This document shows, one piece after another, positions 8,601-17,281 of a DNA stretch of 64,000 nt; within the stretch, counting starts at the first letter, position 1; each line of letters begins with the position of its first letter. The stretch lies in the IMG/VR virus record IMGVR_UViG_3300046642_001000, positions 103,935-167,934 of that record, one strand, 5' to 3'. Below the pieces are notes generated by a model. The model saw only the letters and a list, made by a program, of their open reading frames with translations. It made no database searches and was not told the DNA's origin. This DNA comes from a virus (Duplodnaviria > Heunggongvirae > Uroviricota > Caudoviricetes). A program made the translations under genes and the position numbers.

Positions 8601-11600
8601 GCGAAGCGGGGGATCAACGTCCGTGGGGCCCACCCGCTCGGGAAGGGAACACGTGGAGTCGCGTTCGACGTCGGAGGGAAGGTCCTCAAGATCACCAACG
8701 ACGAGCAGGAGGCGGTCGCTTCCTACAAGCTGATGGACGTCAACCTGAAGCACGTCGCCCGCTTCTCGGACGTCTTCCGCTTCCGTGAGGACGAGGAACT
8801 GGTCGGCGCCGTTTACGGCATCCTCCAGGAGAAGCTCGCCCCGTTCCCGGGCATGGGCAAGGACCCCAGCGGTCTGGACGCCAGCGGAGAGGCGGCTGAT
8901 CTGAACCGCGCCATCCTCGCTTTCAACCTTCAGGAGACGATCTACCGTTCGGGCTACAACTGGGACAAGACCAAGGAAGCCTGCCAGGAGGGCGTTTTCA
9001 AGAAGATCGCCGAGAAGTACCCGACCTGGAAGACGGACGAGATCGACAACAAGTACGCCATCGCCTACGCCAAGAAGATGAACGTCCAGTGGGACATCAT
9101 CACGAAGAAGGTGCATATCGACGAGATGGTGCAGGAGCTGAACTCGAAGGGGATCAAGTTCCACGACTACCACGCGGGCAACATCATGGTCCGCCAGGGC
9201 GGGGTCTACGTTCTCATCGACATCGGCTACTCCAAGGTCGCCGGCGGGAAGGAACCGCCCGTCCTGGAGAACAAGGTCCCGTACCTCGACGAAGGTCCGC
9301 CGAACAGGCTGGCCGCCCTCAAGGCCGCTCAGGCCGGTAAGAAGGCCCAGAAGGACCGTCCCATGATGGACGTGGTCCGGGACGTGCTCCCTCTCCTCAA
9401 GAAGAAGGGGATCGTGAAGGGACCGCTCAAGCCGCTCGGACACGGGGCGCACGGCATCGCCTTCGACATCGGAGCAGGTCGGGTCCTGAAGGTGACGGAC
9501 GACATCCTTGAAGCCAAGTCCTCCAACCATCTGAAGGACAAGAAGCTCAAGCACGTGGTCCACATCTTCGACGTCTTCCAGCTCCCTGGGTCGGAGTTCT
9601 ATGGCATCGTCGAGGAAAAGCTCGCCCAGATGTCGGCCTACGACAAGAAGGAGTTCGAGCTGGTGACGGACCTGCTGCAGGCCTGCAAGGCTGGCGAGGC
9701 CATCCTCTCGGGCGACTACGGCAAGGTGATGGACCAGGTCCGGCTCCACATCAAGGACAAGGACGTCCAGAAGCTGATGGACTCCCAGATGAAGGAGTTC
9801 CAGCTTCCGGAGATCATCAAGGAGCTGGCGGGCCAGCGTATCGAGTTCCTCGACTACCACGAGGGGAACCTGATGATGCGGGGCAACGACTACGTCGTCA
9901 TCGACCTCGGTCTCAGCCAGAGCCCGGGCGCGGCTCCCCCTGTCCTCGAGCGGATCGTCCACACCCTGATGCGGGAGTTCTCCGGTACCCAGCGCCTCAA
10001 GGGCCAGGGTCCGGTGGGACGTGCCGACGACCTGGAAGAGCGGAGCAAGCCGGACTACACGGACGACAAGCAGGAGTACGTCGGCGTAGACGGCGGCCTC
10101 GTGAATCACACCGAGGACGGCACGGTCGACAAGTACGCTCGAAACATCGAGGAGGCCCAGGCTGACACGGTGGGCGTGACCATAGGACGTTACCAGCCGT
10201 TCCACCGGGGTCACGCCGAAGTGATTCGGAAGCTCGCCAATACCCACACCAAGACCATCGTCCTGGTGGCCGGCAACACGCCGGACAAGAAGAACCCGTT
10301 CTCCTACGAGACCCGGCTCAAGCTCATGAAGGCGTCCCTCCCGGACGTCTGGAGGAAGCTGGAGGTCTACAAGGCGACCTCGGGCGGCAAGAACAGCGGC
10401 TTCGTCCCGGGCATCCTCTCCGACGTGGCCGGGAAGGGCAGCGCCCTGAAGGGCGACACGGCCTGCGAGATCCTGGTCGGACCCGACCGTTTCGAGCAGA
10501 TGAAGCAGCAGATCGACCGGTCCAAGGAGTACAAGGCCCAGGGGAAGGCGGCAGACAGCAACTTCGATCCCGATCTGGCCGTCGTCAAGATGCTTCCGGG
10601 CGTCAAGAACGACGACGACACCGACCGGATCAGCGGCACCCGTCTACGTCAGGCTCTGGCCAAGGACGACCGGAACGCCGTCAAGAGCATGCTCGACCCG
10701 CATGTCACCTCGAACCAGGCGACCTTCGAGTCCATCTACAAGGATCTGAAGGACGAGCTGGCCAAGAACGAGGGTCCGCTCCGGGAAGACATCGCCGACT
10801 TCGGTGGCGAGAACGCCATCATGGCCGTCATCAAGAACAACGGGGAGAAGCTCCGTGCCAAGGGCATCAACGCCGACCAGCTCCATCGCCTCGGAGCGGG
10901 ACAGGTCGGCGTGGCCTACGACATGGGCAACAACAAGGTCTTCAAGGCGACGACCTCTCCCAACGAGGCGAAGTCCTGCCTCGCCCTCAAGGGAAAGACC
11001 CTTCCGCACGTCGTCAAGATCGATGACGTCTTCCGGATGATCGACCGTCGAAACCCCGACAAGCCCCTCTACGGAATCATCCGGGAGAAGCTACACCCCC
11101 TGTCTCCGGCCGAGAAGACCGAGGTCGATGACCTGGTCGATGACCTCCGCTCCTCCGAAGTCACGGGCGGGGCGCCCCACATCGTGGACTACGACACGGT
11201 CATGAAGAAGATCCGTGACGAGCTCTCTCGCGACCTGGTGTCTGCCGGCGCCAAGAACCGCGAGCGGATCCAGCGGATGATCGACCAGAAGATCGACTAC
11301 ATCGAGCGCGGTCTGAAGAAGTACCAGATCGACCAGATGATGGCGGAGCTCAAGCAGGCCAACATCATGTTCGCCGACTACAAGGGCGACAACATCATGA
11401 AGCGTGGCGGGGAGTACGTGCTCTCTGACCCGGGCGGCCGTACCAACGGCGGCGAACCGCCCGTGCTCGAGAAGATCATGGAGACCATCATCTCCGAGAT
11501 CGGCATCACCATGACCCCGGGAAGCGGCCCCGGCGGAACTCAGGCAGGTCTCAGGGCGGGAAGCTCCGGCTGGTCCAGCCCGCAGAACATGTTCACCGAC

Positions 11601-12521
11601 GAGGACGTCGCGGCCTACCAGGAAGCGCCGGAAGAGTTCGAGCTCTGGTCCGACAAGCTGAAGGGTGTCGACACGGCCAAGGCCATCGGGGAAGAGATCA
11701 TGCGGCTCCTTGAGAAGACTCAGGCCAAGACGTCTGACCGCGCCTCCAACCAGTTCGAGCACCTGGTGGCCAAGTCCCTCCAGAGCCAGGGCATCGACGC
11801 CAAGGCCGTCGGTGGCAACGATCCGAAGAAGGCGGACGTCGAGGTGACCATCGGCGGGAAGAGCGCCTACATCGAGGCCAAGTACACCGAGGCCGGCGGC
11901 GCCAACCTCGTCTCGGCCCGCATGAAGCTGGTGGACGGGAAGTGGCAGGGATCGGGCGAGCAGACCGGCTTCACGGCCGGGATCGCCAAGGACCTGGAGA
12001 CGAACCCCGACGCCCAGAAGTTCCTGAAGGAACTGCACGCCTTCGTGGCCAAGAGCCGCAAGGAGCAGGGTCTTCCGGTGCCCAAGGTCCTCTCCATGCC
12101 GTCGCAGGGGAAGCCCGCCGACATCATGAAGCGTAGTCCGAACGCCGTGACCCCGGACGAGATCAACGCCTTCATCGACAACAAGAAGTCGGCAGGCAAG
12201 GGCAACCGCTACATCTACCTGAACGTCGGGGCGGGGGACGTGCAGCAGCTGGTGGCCGCCCACTACAAGTACAAGAACGCCCCGTACATGCAGTTCGGCA
12301 ACGACTTCTATCTTCTTGGAGACGAGGACCCGTTCGGTCTCTCCAAGCTCAATCCGCCCGTCCCCCAGTTCGAAGTGACCTCGGGACGGAAGGGGGTACG
12401 TGTAGCATCCAGGACCGGTCGTTACGAGATCATCCCCGAGCTGAAGGCCCTGAAGGTCACTCCCTCTCCCTACAGCCTGGTCGATCCGAAGAAGAAGTTC
12501 CCATTCAAGAAGCAGAAGTAA
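5616..12521 (+). CDS. giant multidomain protein of 2301 aa carrying five enzyme-like domain types
   Basis: TTG start 5 nt after an AAGGAGGG Shine-Dalgarno; very high GC3; GS..G....SGDIDL near residue 135; KVDGSAR near residue 504; three G.G..G.A.D.G...K + HDYH.GN + IDIG modules each ending PPVLE; GRYQPFHRGH ... ISGTRLR. Confidence 0.85.
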   Translation: MSRLDDIIRESLRSIYGASQPNYSGRAAGGTGDNRHGGGAGKPGYPVPDGLEDDEEQRFPFMKEGEAPLAKSPIPDDAGAAQEPTVTYSDQSDLTEGGNAMGTDRVPRENVGPTIEAYKKQVLSKVKHKSVKPVGSTGKKASSGDIDLGLDTELSLEEISAILKKLGIEHKVAKGLGEINSKFPQYTPDGKPTKLSAQVDLMVGPEAWTQFSYYGPGESESKYKALPRTGLVLGLLRYATEEPQPDGSVKFWSISPAKGVFQKVGRKVKNKKGEEEFKSDRVDATSISDPEEVAKLISKGTGTPWSVKDLAAPFEQVWAKAKSTMDPKKLEKVKGYLKGFLKGAKHDEPSELGEANEPEGVVFRGLRGLTPQELAKLGGNPSQPNGSAVISKVDKKGYWSANPKLAMVYATTAATAERKGNIMAILRGRSDAATKGSAKALNPGTHETRIDKIWWSTDPGQLKAAKLDEGGGISHLEDMKPQEFLQFLAKYKDLPLKGGLEVSEKVDGSARMEFGAENGKLWTKSKNGTPKKSSKEWPDKPMFAALKNAHKALESKPVGQNIPPNTVFTAEVLYTKIPNSIEYGPNVIMIHGVHKGDAVLSDEASKKVANDLIKKSGGQLTDGKDPWKFEYKRVISPEDVMVDVKEEFTSLGQIYQELKKLEPDKLKAAGKGPYKAAMERFSAIQKAVKEKLVGQLRKQKSSYGPEGGDVEGIVFRDLENGALTKLVDKDLFTKLNQFNWKYRGLIGKGTKVDNIWRNGVISDFRKRVATDVIGKPEAASTAFGRQLSSLNSETEYPKEADTPEKKNDYLLGQWVKKNKAFGGKDPVATFKAEITKAQNEMKQLEAEWAAEKKKGPTVQLKGQTRKMDPLVMQRTDTDFQQAHQSLDELQKAAEAIGGLKGDLTKKVAIMKLFLGQHRLERLQGGGEEEAEESVMREAPGVDSYGATQPQTGQKPTSGFDKTSVAQTKTKGAPKATTGVTTEMAQQILKKNIPQLAKRGINVRGAHPLGKGTRGVAFDVGGKVLKITNDEQEAVASYKLMDVNLKHVARFSDVFRFREDEELVGAVYGILQEKLAPFPGMGKDPSGLDASGEAADLNRAILAFNLQETIYRSGYNWDKTKEACQEGVFKKIAEKYPTWKTDEIDNKYAIAYAKKMNVQWDIITKKVHIDEMVQELNSKGIKFHDYHAGNIMVRQGGVYVLIDIGYSKVAGGKEPPVLENKVPYLDEGPPNRLAALKAAQAGKKAQKDRPMMDVVRDVLPLLKKKGIVKGPLKPLGHGAHGIAFDIGAGRVLKVTDDILEAKSSNHLKDKKLKHVVHIFDVFQLPGSEFYGIVEEKLAQMSAYDKKEFELVTDLLQACKAGEAILSGDYGKVMDQVRLHIKDKDVQKLMDSQMKEFQLPEIIKELAGQRIEFLDYHEGNLMMRGNDYVVIDLGLSQSPGAAPPVLERIVHTLMREFSGTQRLKGQGPVGRADDLEERSKPDYTDDKQEYVGVDGGLVNHTEDGTVDKYARNIEEAQADTVGVTIGRYQPFHRGHAEVIRKLANTHTKTIVLVAGNTPDKKNPFSYETRLKLMKASLPDVWRKLEVYKATSGGKNSGFVPGILSDVAGKGSALKGDTACEILVGPDRFEQMKQQIDRSKEYKAQGKAADSNFDPDLAVVKMLPGVKNDDDTDRISGTRLRQALAKDDRNAVKSMLDPHVTSNQATFESIYKDLKDELAKNEGPLREDIADFGGENAIMAVIKNNGEKLRAKGINADQLHRLGAGQVGVAYDMGNNKVFKATTSPNEAKSCLALKGKTLPHVVKIDDVFRMIDRRNPDKPLYGIIREKLHPLSPAEKTEVDDLVDDLRSSEVTGGAPHIVDYDTVMKKIRDELSRDLVSAGAKNRERIQRMIDQKIDYIERGLKKYQIDQMMAELKQANIMFADYKGDNIMKRGGEYVLSDPGGRTNGGEPPVLEKIMETIISEIGITMTPGSGPGGTQAGLRAGSSGWSSPQNMFTDEDVAAYQEAPEEFELWSDKLKGVDTAKAIGEEIMRLLEKTQAKTSDRASNQFEHLVAKSLQSQGIDAKAVGGNDPKKADVEVTIGGKSAYIEAKYTEAGGANLVSARMKLVDGKWQGSGEQTGFTAGIAKDLETNPDAQKFLKELHAFVAKSRKEQGLPVPKVLSMPSQGKPADIMKRSPNAVTPDEINAFIDNKKSAGKGNRYIYLNVGAGDVQQLVAAHYKYKNAPYMQFGNDFYLLGDEDPFGLSKLNPPVPQFEVTSGRKGVRVASRTGRYEIIPELKALKVTPSPYSLVDPKKKFPFKKQK

Positions 12522-12543
12522 CCAGCAGGGAGGGACTCATGGC

Positions 12544-13068
12544 ATGGAGTCTTGGATCGCTGCCCGGTGCCCCACCGACGAGGGGGACTACATTCTCAAG
12601 AACGCTTCTCGCACCCTCATCAGGTTCAGTGAAAGGTGCCAGCCTGACATCGCCCAGCTCATGTCTGAGATGGAGGAGCTGAACGTCCCGTTCTCCTACG
12701 CCGACAAGGTCAAGGAGATCTACTTCACCCTGATGCCCGACCACGGAGACCACCTCAACGGTCTCATCCGCATCAGCTTCACGAACCAGTCCCGAGAGAT
12801 CCTCGCCCGCATCCTCATCCACGAGCTGGCCCACAACATCGACGATGAAGAAGGTCTGTCTGAACGAGACGACATCATCACCGAGAAGAAGAAGAAGGCC
12901 CGCTACCTCCCCGACACCTACGCCCGGAAGAACGTCGACGAGTACATCGCGATCGGATTCGAGACGTACTACTGCGGCACTCCCGAACAGAAGCGCAAGA
13001 TGAAGCGGTGCAACCCGCGGCTCTTTGGCGCAATTAGATACCTTCACCGAAAGTACCGAGCGCGTTGA
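12544..13068 (+). CDS. putative zinc metallopeptidase (HExxH)
   Basis: ILIHELAHNID motif; an AGGGAGGG Shine-Dalgarno lies upstream. Confidence 0.5.
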   Translation: MESWIAARCPTDEGDYILKNASRTLIRFSERCQPDIAQLMSEMEELNVPFSYADKVKEIYFTLMPDHGDHLNGLIRISFTNQSREILARILIHELAHNIDDEEGLSERDDIITEKKKKARYLPDTYARKNVDEYIAIGFETYYCGTPEQKRKMKRCNPRLFGAIRYLHRKYRAR

Positions 13069-13200
13069 GCTCCTTTTTAGGGTTGACAGCGTCCTGAGAC
13101 GCCTATGTATTAGGTGCACATTTAGAGACCGGTGCACACACGGCGCGCGAAAGGCGCCAACAACTTTAGAGTCTCACAACCGAAAGGAGCAACACCCGCC

Positions 13201-14103
13201 ATGGCATCACTCGCCGAAATGAGAGCCCGTCTCCAGCAACTGAATCAGCGCACGGGCAAGAAGCAAAACGACATCTGGAAGGCAAAGGACGAGCACGACG
13301 TTCGTCTTCTCCCCGATCCGCGTGGACCGGAGCACGACCCGTTCGTGATCCTCGTGTTCCACTACGAGCTCGGTGGGGCCAGCTGTCTCTGCCCGCTGAA
13401 GAACTTCGGCAAGCCCTGCAAGGTTTGCGACTTCTGCGAGAAGCTCCGCGCCTGGAAGGGCCCGGATGGCGAAGACAAGGCCGAGGGAGATCGCAAGGCC
13501 GACTTCGAGATCTTCAAGAAGATCCAGCCGACCGAGAAGGCGTTCGTCCGTCTGGTCGAGCGCATGAAGGACGGCACCCTCTCTCCGGACGGCCCCAAGT
13601 GGTGGTCGCCGGGCTTCACCAACAACAACAAGCTCATCGACCTGATGAGCAACACGGAGCGGATGGAGATGCTCGATCTCGATCCGACCGACGACGCGTC
13701 GGGGTTCAAGGTCCTGTTCGACATGAACAAGGCCTTCGACATCCACATCCGCTTCTCGGACGCCGCGGGCAAGCCGCTGGCGAAGGGCAACAAGAAGAAC
13801 CGCCCGATGACCGAGATCACCGAGGCCAGCATGAAGGGCCGTCCGGTCACGAAGGACAAGGAAGAGCTCAAGAAGCTCCTCACGTCCATCAAGCCGATCG
13901 GTGAGGTCTACCCGGAGCAGAGCTCCGAGGAAGTCGCCATCCTGCTCGACAAGTTCATCGGCGGTGGTTCGGCCGAGGCGAAGTCGGAGGGCGGCACCGA
14001 GAAGTACGAAGCGAACTCCGGCGAGGACACCGGCGGTCTCAAGGGTGGCAAGTCCATCGACGAGGCCTTCGGCGAAACCGTCGACGAGAACGCCGCCTCG
14101 TAA
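13201..14103 (+). CDS. single-strand DNA-binding protein, T4 gp32-like
   Basis: LPDPRGPEHDPFVILVFHYELGG ... C.C....C..C zinc ligands aligning with gp32; acidic Gly-rich C-terminus. Confidence 0.75.
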   Translation: MASLAEMRARLQQLNQRTGKKQNDIWKAKDEHDVRLLPDPRGPEHDPFVILVFHYELGGASCLCPLKNFGKPCKVCDFCEKLRAWKGPDGEDKAEGDRKADFEIFKKIQPTEKAFVRLVERMKDGTLSPDGPKWWSPGFTNNNKLIDLMSNTERMEMLDLDPTDDASGFKVLFDMNKAFDIHIRFSDAAGKPLAKGNKKNRPMTEITEASMKGRPVTKDKEELKKLLTSIKPIGEVYPEQSSEEVAILLDKFIGGGSAEAKSEGGTEKYEANSGEDTGGLKGGKSIDEAFGETVDENAAS

Positions 14104-14199
14104 TCCGACTCCCTAGTTAGCTTGTCCGTCGCTACCGGGTTTGGTCCGGTACGGTCTGTCAACTGTCAGGCCGATGGACTCTTTTTCTAAAGGAGTCAC

Positions 14200-14736
14200 A
14201 TGAGCTCTCTCTATCGTATCAAGGGAATGGGGCGTGGGTTCGATGGCCTCGTCATCGAGTCCAGCCACGTCATCACCAACGGCCTCCACGAGGTCGTCCG
14301 CATCATCAACCACAACGCCGTCTTCGGTGACCGGAATGTCTCGTTCCCGGTGCCGGAGCGCTGTCTCTTCATCAACGAAGAGTGCCTCGAGCCCTACGAC
14401 GAAGAGCTCCGCGAGTACGATTCCACGAACCCGAACGGCAAGTTCGTCTGCGAGAGTCGCCACCGGCGCCACGAGCTCGAAGTCGTGGTCGCAGAGTACG
14501 AGCGTTGCCTGACAGTCTCCGTGCTCGAACACTTGCACGAAGACGGAAAGTACAACGACACCCGCGGGCGGGACATCGTCCACACCCGCTACACCCAGAG
14601 TTTCAAGGATCGGCTCGACACGGTGAAGACCCTGATCGAGAACGAGATCCGCATGGGCGACCTCGACGACCTCATCTTCCATCTCAGGAAGCTGAAGGAG
14701 ATCGAGTTCGTCCCGGACGCTGGGGCAGAGGAATAG
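14200..14736 (+). CDS. hypothetical protein
   Basis: 178-aa ORF between the gp32-like and RecA-like genes; it sits where a recombination mediator would be expected, but this is untested. Confidence 0.5.
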   Translation: MSSLYRIKGMGRGFDGLVIESSHVITNGLHEVVRIINHNAVFGDRNVSFPVPERCLFINEECLEPYDEELREYDSTNPNGKFVCESRHRRHELEVVVAEYERCLTVSVLEHLHEDGKYNDTRGRDIVHTRYTQSFKDRLDTVKTLIENEIRMGDLDDLIFHLRKLKEIEFVPDAGAEE

Positions 14737-14739
14737 ACC

Positions 14740-16032
14740 ATGGCAAAGAAGGACAAGGACGAAGCCCCGTCGACCAAGGACGAGGCGGATTCCCTCAAGC
14801 TCAGCAAGCTCCTCGTCAAGCAGTTCAACGACGGGGAAGACAAGATCGCCTGGAACCTCGGGACCGATCATGACAACCCCACCGAGGTGAAGGAGTTCAT
14901 CTCCTTTGGTTCCACCCTCCTCAACTACATCTGCACCAACCGACGCAACGGGGGTGCACCCGTGGGCAAGATCACGGAGATCGTGGGTGAGGAAGCCTCG
15001 GGCAAGTCGCTCCTGGCGGCCCACCTGATCGCGGAATGCCAGAAGCGGGGCGGCATCGCGGTCTACATCGATACGGAGAACGCGGCCAGTCCGGAGTTCC
15101 TCGTGCAGCTCGGGGTGAACATCAACGAGCTCGTCTACCTCCAGCCCGGCTGCTGCGAGGCGGTGGGCGAGGCGATCGACAAGACCATCCTCACGGCTCG
15201 GGCCAAGGCGCCGAACAAGCTGGTCCTCATCGTCTGGGACTCCATCGCGAACTGCCCGACCAAGGCGGAGCTCGAGGGGAGCTACGACCTGAACATGAAC
15301 CTCCAGCTGGAGAAGTCCAAGGTCCTCAGCAAGATGATGAGGAAGCTGGTGGACACGCTCGGCAAGGAAAGGATCTGCGTCGTCTTCACGAACCAGCTGA
15401 AGACGAAGATCGGCGTCATGTACGGCGACCCGATGACGACCCCCGGAGGAAAGGCGGTCCCCTACGCGGCCAGCCTCCGCATCCGCCTCACTCGCTCCAC
15501 CCAGCTCGTCCAGGGCAAGCCGAAGAAGGGCGAGGAGAAGGAAGAGGGGACGGAGGGCGCGTCGGAGGGAGAAGGCAAGAAGGAGGCCAAGGGCGCGGTC
15601 TACGGCATCAACACAATCGCCAAGGTGATCAAGTGCCGCCTCGGTCCCCCGCTCCGCCAGTGCCGGTTCGACATCACGTTCTCCTCGGGCATCGACGACG
15701 AGGAGAGCTGGTTCACCCTGCTCCATGAGCGGGGCGAGATCGAAAAGCAGAAGGGGTGGTGCTACTACTCGAAGTACCCGTCGGGGAAGATGTCCCTCAA
15801 GGAAGACCCGACCAACCCGAAGAAGGAGGTCGAGTACGATCGCGGCCTCATGTTCCGGGAGAAGGAGTGGAAGAAGGCCCTCAAGGACTTCCCCGACTTC
15901 AAGACCCACGTCCAGAACGACCTCGAGAAGCACCTCATCGTGAAGTACGGCGAGACGCCGGCGGACTTCGGGGGAGACTCCGACAGCCTGCTGGACGTCG
16001 AGGCGGCGCTGGAAGTCGCCCAGGGTGGGTAA
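14740..16032 (+). CDS. recA: RecA/UvsX-like recombinase
   Basis: Walker A GEEASGKS, an IDTENA block, and NQLKTKIGVMYGDPMTTPGGKAVPYAASLRIRL aligning with the RecA core; plus a roughly 130-aa C-terminal extension. Confidence 0.9.
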   Translation: MAKKDKDEAPSTKDEADSLKLSKLLVKQFNDGEDKIAWNLGTDHDNPTEVKEFISFGSTLLNYICTNRRNGGAPVGKITEIVGEEASGKSLLAAHLIAECQKRGGIAVYIDTENAASPEFLVQLGVNINELVYLQPGCCEAVGEAIDKTILTARAKAPNKLVLIVWDSIANCPTKAELEGSYDLNMNLQLEKSKVLSKMMRKLVDTLGKERICVVFTNQLKTKIGVMYGDPMTTPGGKAVPYAASLRIRLTRSTQLVQGKPKKGEEKEEGTEGASEGEGKKEAKGAVYGINTIAKVIKCRLGPPLRQCRFDITFSSGIDDEESWFTLLHERGEIEKQKGWCYYSKYPSGKMSLKEDPTNPKKEVEYDRGLMFREKEWKKALKDFPDFKTHVQNDLEKHLIVKYGETPADFGGDSDSLLDVEAALEVAQGG

Positions 16033-16504
16033 GTACGTCGCAGGATCGAAGAACGCTCTCCTCGGAGACGGCTTCAAGGACCGGGTCCTCTCTCTCCTCC
16101 TAGAGGCGGGAGAGGACGCCCGGGACTTCCGGACGCACCTGCTCGACCGGGGCTACTCCGATCGGGACGCCAACGACATGGAGCAGCTGGAAGGAGACAT
16201 CTTCCTTCCGGCCTACCACGTCTTCCTGGAGTGCAAGACCTCGGACAAGTGGCGGGACAGCGTGGTCATCAAGCCGCGCCCTCTCGCCTGCTTCAGCGGA
16301 CCCCACAAGTTTTACGTGACCTCGTTCTGTGACAATTTCGAGGCCCGCTCCTACGTAGATATCAGGGTCCACACCTCCAAGACCGTGAAGAACGGGGCGG
16401 AGGCGAGGGACGGGGAGTTCGGTCCGTTCTGCACTTTCAGCACGGCGGTCCCCTGTCAGACCCTGGCAGGCTTCCTCGAATCCCTGCGGAGGGCTCCGAA
16501 GTGA
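16025..16504 (+). CDS. hypothetical protein
   Basis: 159-aa ORF with a GTG start overlapping the recA-like end. Confidence 0.4.
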   Translation: MGKYVAGSKNALLGDGFKDRVLSLLLEAGEDARDFRTHLLDRGYSDRDANDMEQLEGDIFLPAYHVFLECKTSDKWRDSVVIKPRPLACFSGPHKFYVTSFCDNFEARSYVDIRVHTSKTVKNGAEARDGEFGPFCTFSTAVPCQTLAGFLESLRRAPK

Positions 16505-17064
16505 TCAAGATCGATCCAGGTGAGATCATAAGGTTCACGTACCAGCACCCGCCAGAGGGAGTGGACGAGGACACGGGTGACCGCTACAAGGAAGTCCTGG
16601 TCCTCCACCCGCACTGGCACGGCCGTCTCCACGGGATCGACCTGAAGAGGCTGACCGAGGCGGAGCGGGACGTCCTCTACGCCATCCTGGACGAGAAGCA
16701 GGTCGCCGCCGCCAAGGCCGGCAAGAAGCCCCACAAGTTCCCGCTGGTGAACGACATCCTCCGGCGCATGGATCCTCTTCAGGAGATCAAGAACCCGGTC
16801 GGATTCTACACCCGGTTCGTGAAGGTCTTCCTCAAGAACAAGGACGCCTACCGGACCTACACGCCGGTCAAGATGTCCGCCGTCACGATCGTCAAGCAAT
16901 CCGACGTCCGTGGCCGGATCACCAACCCGAAGCCGCTCTTTCACGGCGTGGAGTCCAAGCCCTCGCCGCCCAAGCAGCCGACCGCTCCCACCCAGCCGAC
17001 CGCGCCGAAGCAGGGCCAGAGCCGACTGGACCTCATTCGTCAGCGCGCGCAAGCCAAGAAGTAA
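16501..17064 (+). CDS. hypothetical protein
   Basis: 187-aa ORF with a GTG start and a Pro/Gln-rich C-terminal tail. Confidence 0.45.
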   Translation: MIKIDPGEIIRFTYQHPPEGVDEDTGDRYKEVLVLHPHWHGRLHGIDLKRLTEAERDVLYAILDEKQVAAAKAGKKPHKFPLVNDILRRMDPLQEIKNPVGFYTRFVKVFLKNKDAYRTYTPVKMSAVTIVKQSDVRGRITNPKPLFHGVESKPSPPKQPTAPTQPTAPKQGQSRLDLIRQRAQAKK

Positions 17065-17281
17065 CCGTTGGGGATCTGACCCAAAGGATTGGGTACGTAT
17101 CCCACAATGGCTGACGACCGGCTCCACTCCTGCGGCGGAACATTCTCCCAGAGGATCAAGTCTCCTCCTCCGCCCGACCCAGAGAACTGGAGCTGGGGCT
17201 GTACTCCGACAGGCACGTTCAAGTGTGACTGGTGTGGGGTCATGAAGAAGTTCCGCTTGCGGGACGGAGAGAAGAAGGACA

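Noticed and set aside
5685-10247. 1520-aa ORF on the minus strand antisense to the giant gene
   Set aside because: High-GC sequence lacks stop codons in the antisense frame. The plus-strand frame has the strong GC3 bias and all recognisable motifs, whereas the minus-strand product is low-complexity and Arg/Leu/Gly/Val-rich.
14113-16077. 654-aa minus-strand ORF overlapping the recA-like gene
   Set aside because: Antisense to a clearly conserved RecA core; typical high-GC shadow ORF with an Arg/Leu/Val/Gly-rich translation.
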